The notes under the pieces were generated by a model that worked only from the letters and a program-made list of their open reading frames with translations, was not told where the DNA came from and made no database searches. Made by a program: the position numbers and the translations under genes. Shown one piece after another: positions 39,058-48,299 of a stretch of 64,000 bases of DNA (the stretch's first letter is position 1; each line of letters begins with the position of its first letter). Origin of the DNA: Candidatus Zixiibacteriota bacterium (GTDB lineage: Bacteria > Zixibacteria > MSB-5A5 > GN15 > FEB-12); contig JAJRQO010000022.1 of the NCBI GenBank assembly GCA_024280215.1, positions 6,910 to 70,909 on the forward strand, written 5' to 3'.

Positions 39058-41151
39058 TTATTCAGAGTACCATGAAGTTTGTACCAGCAAAACTTTGGAA
39101 TCATCTTTAATATTTAAAAACGTTTTTAGTCGTTGATCGTAATGTAAGTTTAACCCACCTCCAACTAAAACACCAACATCGGCTGCAACAATTGAACCGT
39201 TAATGGTCATTTTACCTAATGTGTTAGATGCTTTACGAGTTAAAGCAAAAATTGAATTACTTGTATAAATCTGTCCGTCAATTTTGAATTCTTGACCTGA
39301 AGGACGTGCCGCATCGTTTGCCACCCACATTGATTTTAAGTTTTGAGGTGAAATCCAGTTTGAGGTGGTTGACAACGTACTGATAGATGCACCAGACAAA
39401 GCAGGTGTGCCCGCATTCAGTTTAGTTAAAACACTTAAATCATATGAAGATGCATGTTCTTTTACCTGCCAGCTATTTGAGGATGGATCCCAGTAGGTCC
39501 CTTTGGCTTTCCCTTTTTTATCCGTATAGTTTTTATTAAAGATATATACAGGATCACCTTCATTCATCACATAATACCTTGGTTGATAGCTTGGGTCATA
39601 GGTGCCATTTGGAACTAACCCACCATTGGCGTCAGGTAAAAATTCTTGGGTCTTGGTCCATTCACTTCTATTAAACAAAGTCATTTCTGATTGCGTAAAA
39701 GAGAACATTTCTCCTCCACTTAGATTGCCAGGGTCGTTGTCACTTATATTTGTATGATCACCTTTTTTAGGAGTGAGGTAATCACCCACCATTACATTTT
39801 TTCCGGCGGCAATAGAAAGTGCGTTTTGTCGTCCATTGGCTGAAGTACCAAAAGTTCTGTTCCCATTGTTTGTACCATCGGCATAAGTCAAATCGCCTGT
39901 TATATACACATTACCACGAGCATAAATTTGACCAGTACCAATAACTTTTCCTTGAATAACAACATCACCATCAACTGCAATATCACCAGATAAATCAATT
40001 GGGTTTGCATCGGTTCCAACTAAAATAAGGTTGCCTGAATAGGTGCCATTCACAGATGTTTCATTACCTGAACTTGGTAATGCACCAGAGTTGTAAGTTT
40101 GATTAGATTGAACACCATATATAATACCACCTGAAATTCCACCATTAGCACCTATTGCGATTTCGTCAAATTCAGCATCATCAACAATTTTATTCCCGTT
40201 ACCATCTGGAAAAGGAGGAGGGAACTCAGTTGGTAAAATACCATCAGTCATATTTCCTTGTTCAGTAGGATAGTTAAGATAGAGGTTCCCGTTTTGTGGA
40301 AGAGGTGAACCAGTAGCTACAGACAAGTTGACAGATGTTAGTGGCTCTTGAATTTTTCCATCGGATGCATTTATTGCATACCCTTCAACACCAGCACCAG
40401 TTGGAGATAAGTTAGTAATTAAATTACCAGCTTTATCGGTGACATTGCCACGTGTATAAATAGTTCCTGCAACATATGAATCTGCTTTTGTATCACGAAT
40501 TAACATTGATTCTAAAGAAGCAACTTTGACTCTGTCATAGGTGCCTTCTTTTGTAGGGTCAGTATTATACACTCTATCTACATTATCAATTCTTGCATGA
40601 CACATAATACAGTTGATATTATTTGCTAAAATTGCAAATTCAAACCCTTTGAATGCTTCACCTTCAACTCGTAATTGTGCTGAAATAGTATTTTGAGAGC
40701 CATCTAAAGCGCTTCCTGTTGAAGATACAGACAACAAAGTTGTACCTGTAACATCGGTTCTTGTTACCGAAACTTTTTCAACTGATTGTCCTCCACCTAA
40801 GTCAAATGAGCTATAGAGAGTAGAGGTTGTGTTATCTGTAAGCCCGAGATTATCAAGATATTTTTGATAGGTTGCCCGATTCCCTGTTTGTCCAGCTATT
40901 TTTTGAGGGTTTGTTGAACCCCACTCTACATAGTCACTCCACAGCATACTTTTTGCTAAAGCTAATCCTGCTTCAGATGAGTAGAATGCTTTAGTCATAT
41001 TATTTGAATTCGAGGAAATCGAGACATCATCACTTGATACTGAAAACATCGAAAAACTGACTACTGTCATCATCAATAAGAGCATCATAGCGACAAGGAT
41101 TGCCGACCCGTGTTCGTTTTTAATTTTGTTATACATAATCATATTCTCCAA
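39058..41151 (-). CDS. Large PilX-like minor pilin / pilus-tip protein (cassette 2)
   Basis: 697 aa. N-terminus HGSAILVAMMLLLMMTVVSFSMF...AFYSSEAGLALA (PilX_N-like). Beta-helix-like repeats (GDIAVDGDVVIQGKVIGTGQIYARGNVYITGDL). Confidence 0.65.
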   Translation of the reverse strand: MENMIMYNKIKNEHGSAILVAMMLLLMMTVVSFSMFSVSSDDVSISSNSNNMTKAFYSSEAGLALAKSMLWSDYVEWGSTNPQKIAGQTGNRATYQKYLDNLGLTDNTTSTLYSSFDLGGGQSVEKVSVTRTDVTGTTLLSVSSTGSALDGSQNTISAQLRVEGEAFKGFEFAILANNINCIMCHARIDNVDRVYNTDPTKEGTYDRVKVASLESMLIRDTKADSYVAGTIYTRGNVTDKAGNLITNLSPTGAGVEGYAINASDGKIQEPLTSVNLSVATGSPLPQNGNLYLNYPTEQGNMTDGILPTEFPPPFPDGNGNKIVDDAEFDEIAIGANGGISGGIIYGVQSNQTYNSGALPSSGNETSVNGTYSGNLILVGTDANPIDLSGDIAVDGDVVIQGKVIGTGQIYARGNVYITGDLTYADGTNNGNRTFGTSANGRQNALSIAAGKNVMVGDYLTPKKGDHTNISDNDPGNLSGGEMFSFTQSEMTLFNRSEWTKTQEFLPDANGGLVPNGTYDPSYQPRYYVMNEGDPVYIFNKNYTDKKGKAKGTYWDPSSNSWQVKEHASSYDLSVLTKLNAGTPALSGASISTLSTTSNWISPQNLKSMWVANDAARPSGQEFKIDGQIYTSNSIFALTRKASNTLGKMTINGSIVAADVGVLVGGGLNLHYDQRLKTFLNIKDDSKVLLVQTSWYSE

Positions 41152-42000
41152 TTAAAACCTATTATTTCGAATTAAGATATCGGTGCTTAGTGTTCTACGA
41201 CGACGCCCATCATTAGAACGTTTTGCAAGTTTGATATCAACATTAGCTGTATGAGCAGTAAGATTTACATTGACGACATGTACTGTGTCTGTTACTGCTA
41301 CCGTTGAAACAACACTATTATCTGAAAGAGTATATAGCAATTGAAAATCATCGATATTTTCAGCATAGATTTGTGGAAGACCACCATTACTCATTTTCAT
41401 AAAAAGAGGATTGGCAGTATCAGCACTATTTATAAAGTATGTGACTTCTTCCATTGCGAGAAGTTTATCGCCTGGCATTGGGTCAAACTGTAGTGTTTGC
41501 CCTTGATGATAGACTTCCTGCCAACCAGCACCATTATCAGGGACTATTTGTGTAATCGTGAGCCATTCACCCGAATTGGTATTTTGATGCCACAGAAATA
41601 CTGTCATACCAGCACTAAAGGCTGATAGATTATCACTTGTATTAAAGTGAATTGGCGATGTCTGCAGGACTTGAGTTTGTTCACCCACATCAATACTTCC
41701 GTTCATATAAGAATATCTAATGACAAGTGAATCAGGATTTCCATCGTTAGATTCAATTGATAAAAGATTATTTGGAAGATTTGACCCTGCGTTTCTTAAA
41801 GTAGAAGTAAGTTCCTGAATACATGCACGGAGGTTTTGTTGCATATCTGAAACATCATGTTGCACTAACATATTATTATGTTCAGAAACATAAAACTGCA
41901 ATGTTGCAGTAGTTAAAACGCCAGTTAATAAAATAGCAATCAACACTTCAACAAGAGTAAATCCGTTATGTGATTTTAATTTTTTCATAGTATCTTCCAT
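41152..42000 (-). CDS. PilW-like minor pilin (cassette 2)
   Basis: 282 aa. NGFTLVEVLIAILLTGVL prepilin motif. DMQQNLRACIQELTSTLRNAG parallels the cassette-1 PilW. No gap to the next gene. Confidence 0.75.
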   Translation of the reverse strand: MEDTMKKLKSHNGFTLVEVLIAILLTGVLTTATLQFYVSEHNNMLVQHDVSDMQQNLRACIQELTSTLRNAGSNLPNNLLSIESNDGNPDSLVIRYSYMNGSIDVGEQTQVLQTSPIHFNTSDNLSAFSAGMTVFLWHQNTNSGEWLTITQIVPDNGAGWQEVYHQGQTLQFDPMPGDKLLAMEEVTYFINSADTANPLFMKMSNGGLPQIYAENIDDFQLLYTLSDNSVVSTVAVTDTVHVVNVNLTAHTANVDIKLAKRSNDGRRRRTLSTDILIRNNRF

Positions 42001-42004
42001 TATC

Positions 42005-42400
42005 TTATATTTTTGATTTGAAAGTTGAATACTGTACAGTGCGTTGCTGGTTTTGTTTATCTACCCAACCAATATCGACACTAATTTTATATAAACCTGC
42101 TGGAATCATCGCATCAGAAATATCGTCTTCAACAATACGATTGACTAAATAGATTCCTCCAACTGAATCTGTTGTTGAATAAAAAGGGATTTGACCATAA
42201 TCTGATTGGTTGATCAAAACTTCAACTTCTTGTTGAGCAAGTGCATTGGCAACTGTCAGATCATCAGAATATGAGTTGCCATAAATTGAAACTGTTATTA
42301 AAGGAGCGAGTCCTAAAATACCGATTGCAAGTACTATCATACTAATCATAACTTCAAGTAAAGTGATTCCACTTTGATTTTTTAGCTTTATTTTTTTCAT
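42005..42400 (-). CDS. PilV-like minor pilin (cassette 2)
   Basis: 131 aa. QSGITLLEVMISMIVLAIGILGL prepilin motif. Confidence 0.75.
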   Translation of the reverse strand: MKKIKLKNQSGITLLEVMISMIVLAIGILGLAPLITVSIYGNSYSDDLTVANALAQQEVEVLINQSDYGQIPFYSTTDSVGGIYLVNRIVEDDISDAMIPAGLYKISVDIGWVDKQNQQRTVQYSTFKSKI

Positions 42401-42709
42401 ATTATTTCCATTTCCTTTATTATTATTACTTTTTTGTTATGTAAATTTCATACCAACGACGGTAATAATATTGATAATAATAGTTTTCTTTTTCTATTGC
42501 TATGTCGGATAAATGGTTACTTTTGTAACTCGATATATCGTTTAATATTAAATTGATTAGTTTTACCCCTATTTTTTAGAAAAAAGTAGTTTATTTCTGT
42601 GATGTATGGGAAACTTCCTACACCTTTTATGGTTATACATATTAATAATAGACCGATATTTATGGTATCTTATATAAATGACAATTGGGTTAGCTAAGGA
42701 GAGCTATAT

Positions 42710-44362
42710 ATGCTGAATGCATCAGAGATTTTTGTTAAAGCGTTAGAAAATGAGAAAACTGAATACATCTTTGGTGTACCAGGGGAAGAAAATATTGATT
42801 TCTTAGAAGCATTGCGGAAATCAAATATTGAATTCGTGCTTACTCGACATGAACAGGGTGCGGGGTTTATGGCTGATATCTATGGAAGACTCACTGGTAA
42901 AGCGGGTGTCTGTCTTGCAACTATCGGACCTGGCTCGACAAACTTGCTCACTGCTATTGCAGACGCAAATTTAGATAGAGCACCACTGGTTGCTATCACT
43001 GGACAAGCCGATACCAAACGGATGCACAAAGAGTCGCATCAGTTTATCGATATCGTTTCGATGTTTAAACCAGTCACAAAATGGAATACTTCTATAACCA
43101 GACCAGATATTGTTGCTGAAGCAGTTCGCAAAGCGTTCAAAATTGCCGAAGCTGAAAAACCAGGAGCGACACATCTTGAATTTCCTGAAGATGTTGCTAT
43201 CGAAGAATGTAAACGCCCAGAATTTTTTGATGTAAAAAAAGTTCGTCGTCCAGCCCCTGATCATAAAGCGGTCAAAATGGCAATTGAACTTATAAAAAAT
43301 GCCAAGAAGCCTTTGATACTTGCTGGTAATGGAGCGATTCGAAAACGTGCCACAAAACAACTTCGGATACTTTTAGATAAAACAAATATAGCTGTATGTA
43401 ATACTTTTATGGCAAAAGGTGCCGCGGGACATTTGTATGAACATAATTTGCTGACTATTGGACTACAATCAAGAGACCATGTTACCTGTGCATTCGATGA
43501 AGCCGATCTGATTATTTCTGTTGGATACGATATAGTAGAATACTCTCCAGAGTTTTGGAACCCAGATGGTGATAAGAAAATTATCCATATCGATTTTGAT
43601 TCTGCTGAAGTTGACTATTGGTATGACCCCGAAGTTGAAATTGTTGGCGATATTGCATCGACACTTTGGGAAATCAATGAACTAATCGATGATACCTTTC
43701 CAAAAAATATTGGTAAATTTGCTACCAAACATCGCAGAAAAATTTTAAAAGAGATGCATGAATATGATGATGATAAATCATATCCAATAAAACCGCAGAA
43801 AATTCTACATGATATTCGTGAAGTATTGGACGATGAAGATATTCTCATCTCCGATGTTGGTGCTCATAAAATGTGGATTGCCCGTATGTACACTGCTCGT
43901 GAACCGAACACCTGTCTTATCTCAAATGGATTCGCCACGATGGGGATTGCACTTCCAGGTGGTATTGCTGCTCAAATGGTTTTTCCAAAGAGAAAAGTGC
44001 TTACAGTCTCTGGTGATGGTGGATTTCTTATGAATGTGCAGGAACTTGAAACAGCAGTTCGGCTCAAGACTAATACCGTTAATCTTATCTGGACTGATGG
44101 TACCTTTGGACTTATAGAATGGAAACAGAAAAACAAATATGGTCATGCTTTTGGAACAAAATTTAACAACCCCGATTGGGTGAAGATGGCTCAATCATTT
44201 GGAGCGGTTGGTATCAAAGTGAAAAAAGGGGATGACCTTGTCAAAATCCTCAAAAAAGCATTTAAGATGAATAAACCTGTTGTCATAGATGTACCAGTTG
44301 ATTATTCTGAGAATGTAAAACTGACCAAACGTCTTGGACAGCTTGTCTGCCCTATAGGATAA
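42710..44362 (+). CDS. Thiamine-diphosphate-dependent enzyme, acetolactate synthase (catabolic AlsS-like) family
   Basis: 550 aa. TPP_enzyme N, M and C layout. RHEQGAGFMADIYGRLTGKAGVCLATIGPGSTN and the TPP-binding GDGGFLMNVQELET motif. Confidence 0.8.
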   Translation: MLNASEIFVKALENEKTEYIFGVPGEENIDFLEALRKSNIEFVLTRHEQGAGFMADIYGRLTGKAGVCLATIGPGSTNLLTAIADANLDRAPLVAITGQADTKRMHKESHQFIDIVSMFKPVTKWNTSITRPDIVAEAVRKAFKIAEAEKPGATHLEFPEDVAIEECKRPEFFDVKKVRRPAPDHKAVKMAIELIKNAKKPLILAGNGAIRKRATKQLRILLDKTNIAVCNTFMAKGAAGHLYEHNLLTIGLQSRDHVTCAFDEADLIISVGYDIVEYSPEFWNPDGDKKIIHIDFDSAEVDYWYDPEVEIVGDIASTLWEINELIDDTFPKNIGKFATKHRRKILKEMHEYDDDKSYPIKPQKILHDIREVLDDEDILISDVGAHKMWIARMYTAREPNTCLISNGFATMGIALPGGIAAQMVFPKRKVLTVSGDGGFLMNVQELETAVRLKTNTVNLIWTDGTFGLIEWKQKNKYGHAFGTKFNNPDWVKMAQSFGAVGIKVKKGDDLVKILKKAFKMNKPVVIDVPVDYSENVKLTKRLGQLVCPIG

Positions 44363-44372
44363 AGGAATTATC

Positions 44373-45803
44373 ATGGCTAAAAAATATAAAATGTATCTCG
44401 GTGGCAATTGGGTCGACCGAAAAGAAAAAATCGAAGTGCGGTCACCATTCGACAACAAACTTGTCGGTGTCTGTGCGGCAGCATCAAAAGATGACTACAC
44501 CAAAGCAATAGATGCTGCCCAAAAAGCATTTGCGATCACCAGAGAACTGCCATCGTATGCTCGTGAAAAAATCTTACATCAAATTGCAGATGGGCTCGAA
44601 AAAAATATTGAAAAGTTTGCCATTATGATGGTCAAAGAACTTGGTAAGGCTTACAAAGATGCACGAGGTGAAGTCGTTCGTTCGGTTTCTGTTTTCCGTG
44701 TTGCTGCCGAGGAGTCCAAACGTATCGGTGGTGAAATTGTAGACCTTGATTGGTTACCGGGTGCTGAAACAAGGATGGGATTAGTGCGTCGTTTCCCGAT
44801 GGGAGTTATCGCAGGCATATCACCGTTTAACTTTCCTCTCAATCTTGTTGCTCATAAAATCGGACCAGCGATTGCATCGGGTAATACAATAGTTCTCAAA
44901 CCAGCGACATCAACTCCGCTTATTGCTTTGATGCTTGCCGAGATTATTGATAAAACAGATTTACCAAAAGGTGCCGTCTCTATTTTACCAGGTTCCTCAA
45001 AAGAATCAACACCGCTTCTTGATGATGACCGTGTAAAACTTGTTACCTTCACTGGTTCATCACAAGTCGGTTGGTGGATAAAAAATAATTGTGGTACCAA
45101 ACAAGTTGTCTTGGAACTTGGTGGTAACGCAGGCGTTGCTATTGCCGATGATGCCGATTTGGAATTTGCGACTACTCGTCTGCTCTATGGTGGTTTTGCT
45201 TCGGCGGGGCAGTCATGTATTTCGGTGCAACGGATTTATGTGCATGAAAATGTCTATGAAAAATTTCTAAAAATGTTTAAAGCAAAAGTGAAAAAACTCA
45301 AAGTCGGTGACCCAATGAAAAAAGATACCGACATCGGTGCCATGGTTACTGGCAAAGCTGCTGATGAAACTATCGCTACTATCAAAGATGCTGTCAAGCA
45401 GGGTGCCAAGCTTGTCACAGGTGGTAAGAAAAATGGTTCGGTGCTTGAGCCGACAGTTTTGACAAATGTGAATAGTTCGATGGACGTTTGTTCCAAAGAA
45501 GCGTTTGCTCCTCTGGTTGTAGTTGATACTTATAAGAGCTTTAACAAAGTCGTTGATGAAATTAATAATTCTGAGTATGGTCTTCAGGCAGGAATTTTTA
45601 CAAATCGTATGGATGATGTTTTTTATGCCTTCAAAAATATCGAAGCGGGAGGTGTGGTTGTTAATGATATTCCTACTTACCGTGCCGATCATCAACCGTA
45701 TGGTGGTGTCAAAAATTCTGGCTTAGGGCGTGAAGGTATCCGCTATACTATTGAAGATATGACAGAGATAAAAATCCTGTCGATGAACTTCAAAACAAAA
45801 TAG
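44373..45803 (+). CDS. NAD(P)+-dependent aldehyde dehydrogenase (GapN/lactaldehyde-DH-like)
   Basis: 476 aa. Catalytic Glu motif VLELGGNA and catalytic Cys motif AGQSCISVQR. 10 nt after the TPP enzyme gene. Confidence 0.85.
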   Translation: MAKKYKMYLGGNWVDRKEKIEVRSPFDNKLVGVCAAASKDDYTKAIDAAQKAFAITRELPSYAREKILHQIADGLEKNIEKFAIMMVKELGKAYKDARGEVVRSVSVFRVAAEESKRIGGEIVDLDWLPGAETRMGLVRRFPMGVIAGISPFNFPLNLVAHKIGPAIASGNTIVLKPATSTPLIALMLAEIIDKTDLPKGAVSILPGSSKESTPLLDDDRVKLVTFTGSSQVGWWIKNNCGTKQVVLELGGNAGVAIADDADLEFATTRLLYGGFASAGQSCISVQRIYVHENVYEKFLKMFKAKVKKLKVGDPMKKDTDIGAMVTGKAADETIATIKDAVKQGAKLVTGGKKNGSVLEPTVLTNVNSSMDVCSKEAFAPLVVVDTYKSFNKVVDEINNSEYGLQAGIFTNRMDDVFYAFKNIEAGGVVVNDIPTYRADHQPYGGVKNSGLGREGIRYTIEDMTEIKILSMNFKTK

Positions 45804-45860
45804 TGCCATTGACACATACAAAACCATCCCCGTGAAAACGGGGAACCAGTATAATTGTAA

Positions 45861-45888
45861 GGAACAGGCTTGCCTGTTCCTTTTTTTT
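45861..45888 (+). terminator. Rho-independent terminator
   Basis: ggaacagg-cttg-cctgttcc followed by T8. Preceded by a second hairpin, ccccgt-gaaa-acgggg (45822-45837). Confidence 0.8.
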
Positions 45889-45955
45889 ATCGCTTGATAT
45901 ACATCATTCAAAACTGTATAATACGAATAACATATACAAAACCTTGGGAGGTTTT

Positions 45956-46663
45956 ATGCGAATTATTATATTGTTGTTTTTATTAACTTTTCTCTTCACA
46001 CCATTGATGTCAGCCAAAGGAAAGGGTGATATCAGAGTTTATTGTGACAAAGGTTTTAAAATTTCTTTGGACGGAGAATACAAAGGAACAAAAAAAAGGA
46101 AAAAGAAATTTTTATTAATCGAAGATGTATTGAAAGGTGAACATATTCTTGAGTTTATAAAAAAAGGATTTGTTCGTGATACAATACATGTTTTGTTAAA
46201 TAAATCATTATTAAAGATTGATTTAAATAAAATTATTGCTGATAAAAATATAATAGCTATCAAAGCGGTTACAAATTCCTCTAATTCAAATTATGATAGA
46301 GATGAGTATTTTAGAGTGATGCAGTTAGATGTTGATTCGACCGTTCCTATATTTAACGAGACTACAGAGTATTTGATACAAAATGGTGGCGAGTCCATTC
46401 CAAGTATGATTAAATATCTTCGTCCAAAGTACCCTGAGAGTATGATGAAATCTGGTAAAATGGGAACTGTGTCGATTCATGCTTTGGTAGGTTTTGATGG
46501 AAATGTTATAAAAGCAATAGTAGGGAAAAGTTCAAATCACCCAGCACTTGATAATGCCGCAAAATTTGTTGCTAAAAAGAATTTGTTTATTCCAGCTGTT
46601 TTTAAAAATAAACGAATCAATGCTTGGGTAACATATAAAGTTGATTTTAAATTAGTAAACTAA
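45956..46663 (+). CDS. Secreted TonB C-terminal-domain protein
   Basis: Signal peptide MRIIILLFLLTFLFTPLMSA. C-terminal TonB_C-like region (GTVSIHALVGFDGNVIKAIVGKSSNHPALDNAA...WVTYKVDFKL). GGGAGG RBS 4 nt before the ATG at 45956. Confidence 0.65.
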   Translation: MRIIILLFLLTFLFTPLMSAKGKGDIRVYCDKGFKISLDGEYKGTKKRKKKFLLIEDVLKGEHILEFIKKGFVRDTIHVLLNKSLLKIDLNKIIADKNIIAIKAVTNSSNSNYDRDEYFRVMQLDVDSTVPIFNETTEYLIQNGGESIPSMIKYLRPKYPESMMKSGKMGTVSIHALVGFDGNVIKAIVGKSSNHPALDNAAKFVAKKNLFIPAVFKNKRINAWVTYKVDFKLVN

Positions 46664-46672
46664 AGGATTCAT

Positions 46673-46842
46673 GTGCGGATTATAATATTATTACTTTCGA
46701 TGACATTATTTTTTACACCCTTGGTGTCAGCGTCTTCTGATAAAATTCCGAATAATTATAAAAATGAAAATTTTCCAAAACCAATGGAAAGCAAATAGCT
46801 GTTTGGACAGTATACAAAGTTGAATTTACACTTGATAAATAA
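46673..46842 (+). pseudogene. Internally deleted remnant of a paralogue of the preceding TonB_C gene
   Basis: 46673-46798 encodes MRIIILLLSMTLFFTPLVSASSDK...*, compared with parent MRIIILLFLLTFLFTPLMSAKGKG. 46798-46842, in another frame, encodes AVWTVYKVEFTLDK*, compared with parent NAWVTYKVDFKLVN*. Confidence 0.55.
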
Positions 46843-46857
46843 TTATAAGGAACGAAC

Positions 46858-47853
46858 ATGAATATACTTATACTCGGTGGAACGCAGTTTGTCGGGAAAC
46901 ATATCACGACCGCCGCGCTAAAAAATAATCATACTGTTACTCTTTTTAACAGGGGTAAGACAAGCAAAGAACAAATAGACGGTGTAACTTATCTAGTTGG
47001 TGACCGTGATGGAAAGCTTGATGCACTCAAGGGTAAAAAGTTTGATGCTGTCATTGATGTCAACGGCTACCTGCCACGACTTGTCAAAGATACATGTGAA
47101 CTCTTTAAAGATAACATTCCACATTATGTTTTTATCTCAACTATCTCGGTCTATGACCATGGCTTTGGCGAACCGATTGATATTGATTCCCCACTTGCCA
47201 CTCTTGAAGATGAATCAACTGAAGAAATCACAGGTGAAACTTATGGTGGGCTCAAAGTTCTCTGCGAGGATGAAGTCTTAGAAATTTATGAAGATAACGC
47301 CACGATAATTCGTCCTGGCTATATCGTTGGCTCCGATGACCACACCGACCGTTTTGGCTATTGGGTACGCAAAGTAGCAGAGGGGGGAGAGTTGCTTGTA
47401 CTATTCAACGACGACCAACCGATGCAGTTTATCGATGTTCGTGATTTAGCCGAATGGACAATCAAACTGACAGAAAAAAAACAAGCAGGTATTTACAATG
47501 CGATTGGACCAAACGAAAAACTAACTCTTGCCGATTTGCTTGTCAGAATGAAGAAACATTTTGATTCAGATTCTCAGTTTGTAAAAGTCTCTAAAGAATT
47601 TATAGACGAAAACGAAATATCTGTAACAGCCTTTCCGATGCTTTTTTCGTTCAAAGATATTGCTCATTATAATTTTATGGAAATTGACCTACAACCATCA
47701 ATTAGACAAGGACTAACTCATCGCACCCTCGAAGATACCCTCCAAGCGTCTCATGATTATATCAAGTCACAACCAGTCAATTATGAATACAAATGCGGAC
47801 TATCAAATGATCAACATGCAAAACTAATCAAAAAGTGGAAAGACAATAATTAG
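46858..47853 (+). CDS. NAD-dependent epimerase/dehydratase-family (extended SDR) protein
   Basis: 331 aa. N-terminal Rossmann motif ILILGGTQFVGKH and the overall SDR_e pattern. Confidence 0.75.
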   Translation: MNILILGGTQFVGKHITTAALKNNHTVTLFNRGKTSKEQIDGVTYLVGDRDGKLDALKGKKFDAVIDVNGYLPRLVKDTCELFKDNIPHYVFISTISVYDHGFGEPIDIDSPLATLEDESTEEITGETYGGLKVLCEDEVLEIYEDNATIIRPGYIVGSDDHTDRFGYWVRKVAEGGELLVLFNDDQPMQFIDVRDLAEWTIKLTEKKQAGIYNAIGPNEKLTLADLLVRMKKHFDSDSQFVKVSKEFIDENEISVTAFPMLFSFKDIAHYNFMEIDLQPSIRQGLTHRTLEDTLQASHDYIKSQPVNYEYKCGLSNDQHAKLIKKWKDNN

Positions 47854-47909
47854 TAGTAAAACAGTTAATAGCTGTTGACGGTGATTCATAATTCACGTAC
47901 TATGGTGGC

Positions 47910-48284
47910 ATGGAAAAATATCTCAAAGCCCTAACAGTTGTATTCTTGTTTATTGGAGCATTCGGAACTATAACTGGTGCGATTGTATTTATTCATTTTA
48001 AATCATCTTTATTTACTGGTACTTTTATCGCTGATTTTATTAACGATAATGGAATACAGGAAGCCCAAGCTCTACGAAAATTAATAGTTTATGTACCGAT
48101 GTTGGTTGCATCATTAGGACTACATCTGAAACAAAAATGGGGTCGTATCATTGCTATGCTTTGGTCTGTTTTAAATTTTGCTGATTTCCCTGTTGGAACG
48201 GTATTCGGGATTTTCGGTTTATGGGTACTTCTTAAAAAAGAAACGAAGAAGATATTTAAAGTCGAGGAAACTAAGTTTATCTAA
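47910..48284 (+). CDS. Small integral membrane protein (hypothetical)
   Basis: 124 aa with 3-4 predicted TM helices. Abuts the next gene. Confidence 0.45.
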   Translation: MEKYLKALTVVFLFIGAFGTITGAIVFIHFKSSLFTGTFIADFINDNGIQEAQALRKLIVYVPMLVASLGLHLKQKWGRIIAMLWSVLNFADFPVGTVFGIFGLWVLLKKETKKIFKVEETKFI

Positions 48285-48299
48285 TTGAGGTTACTCTTC

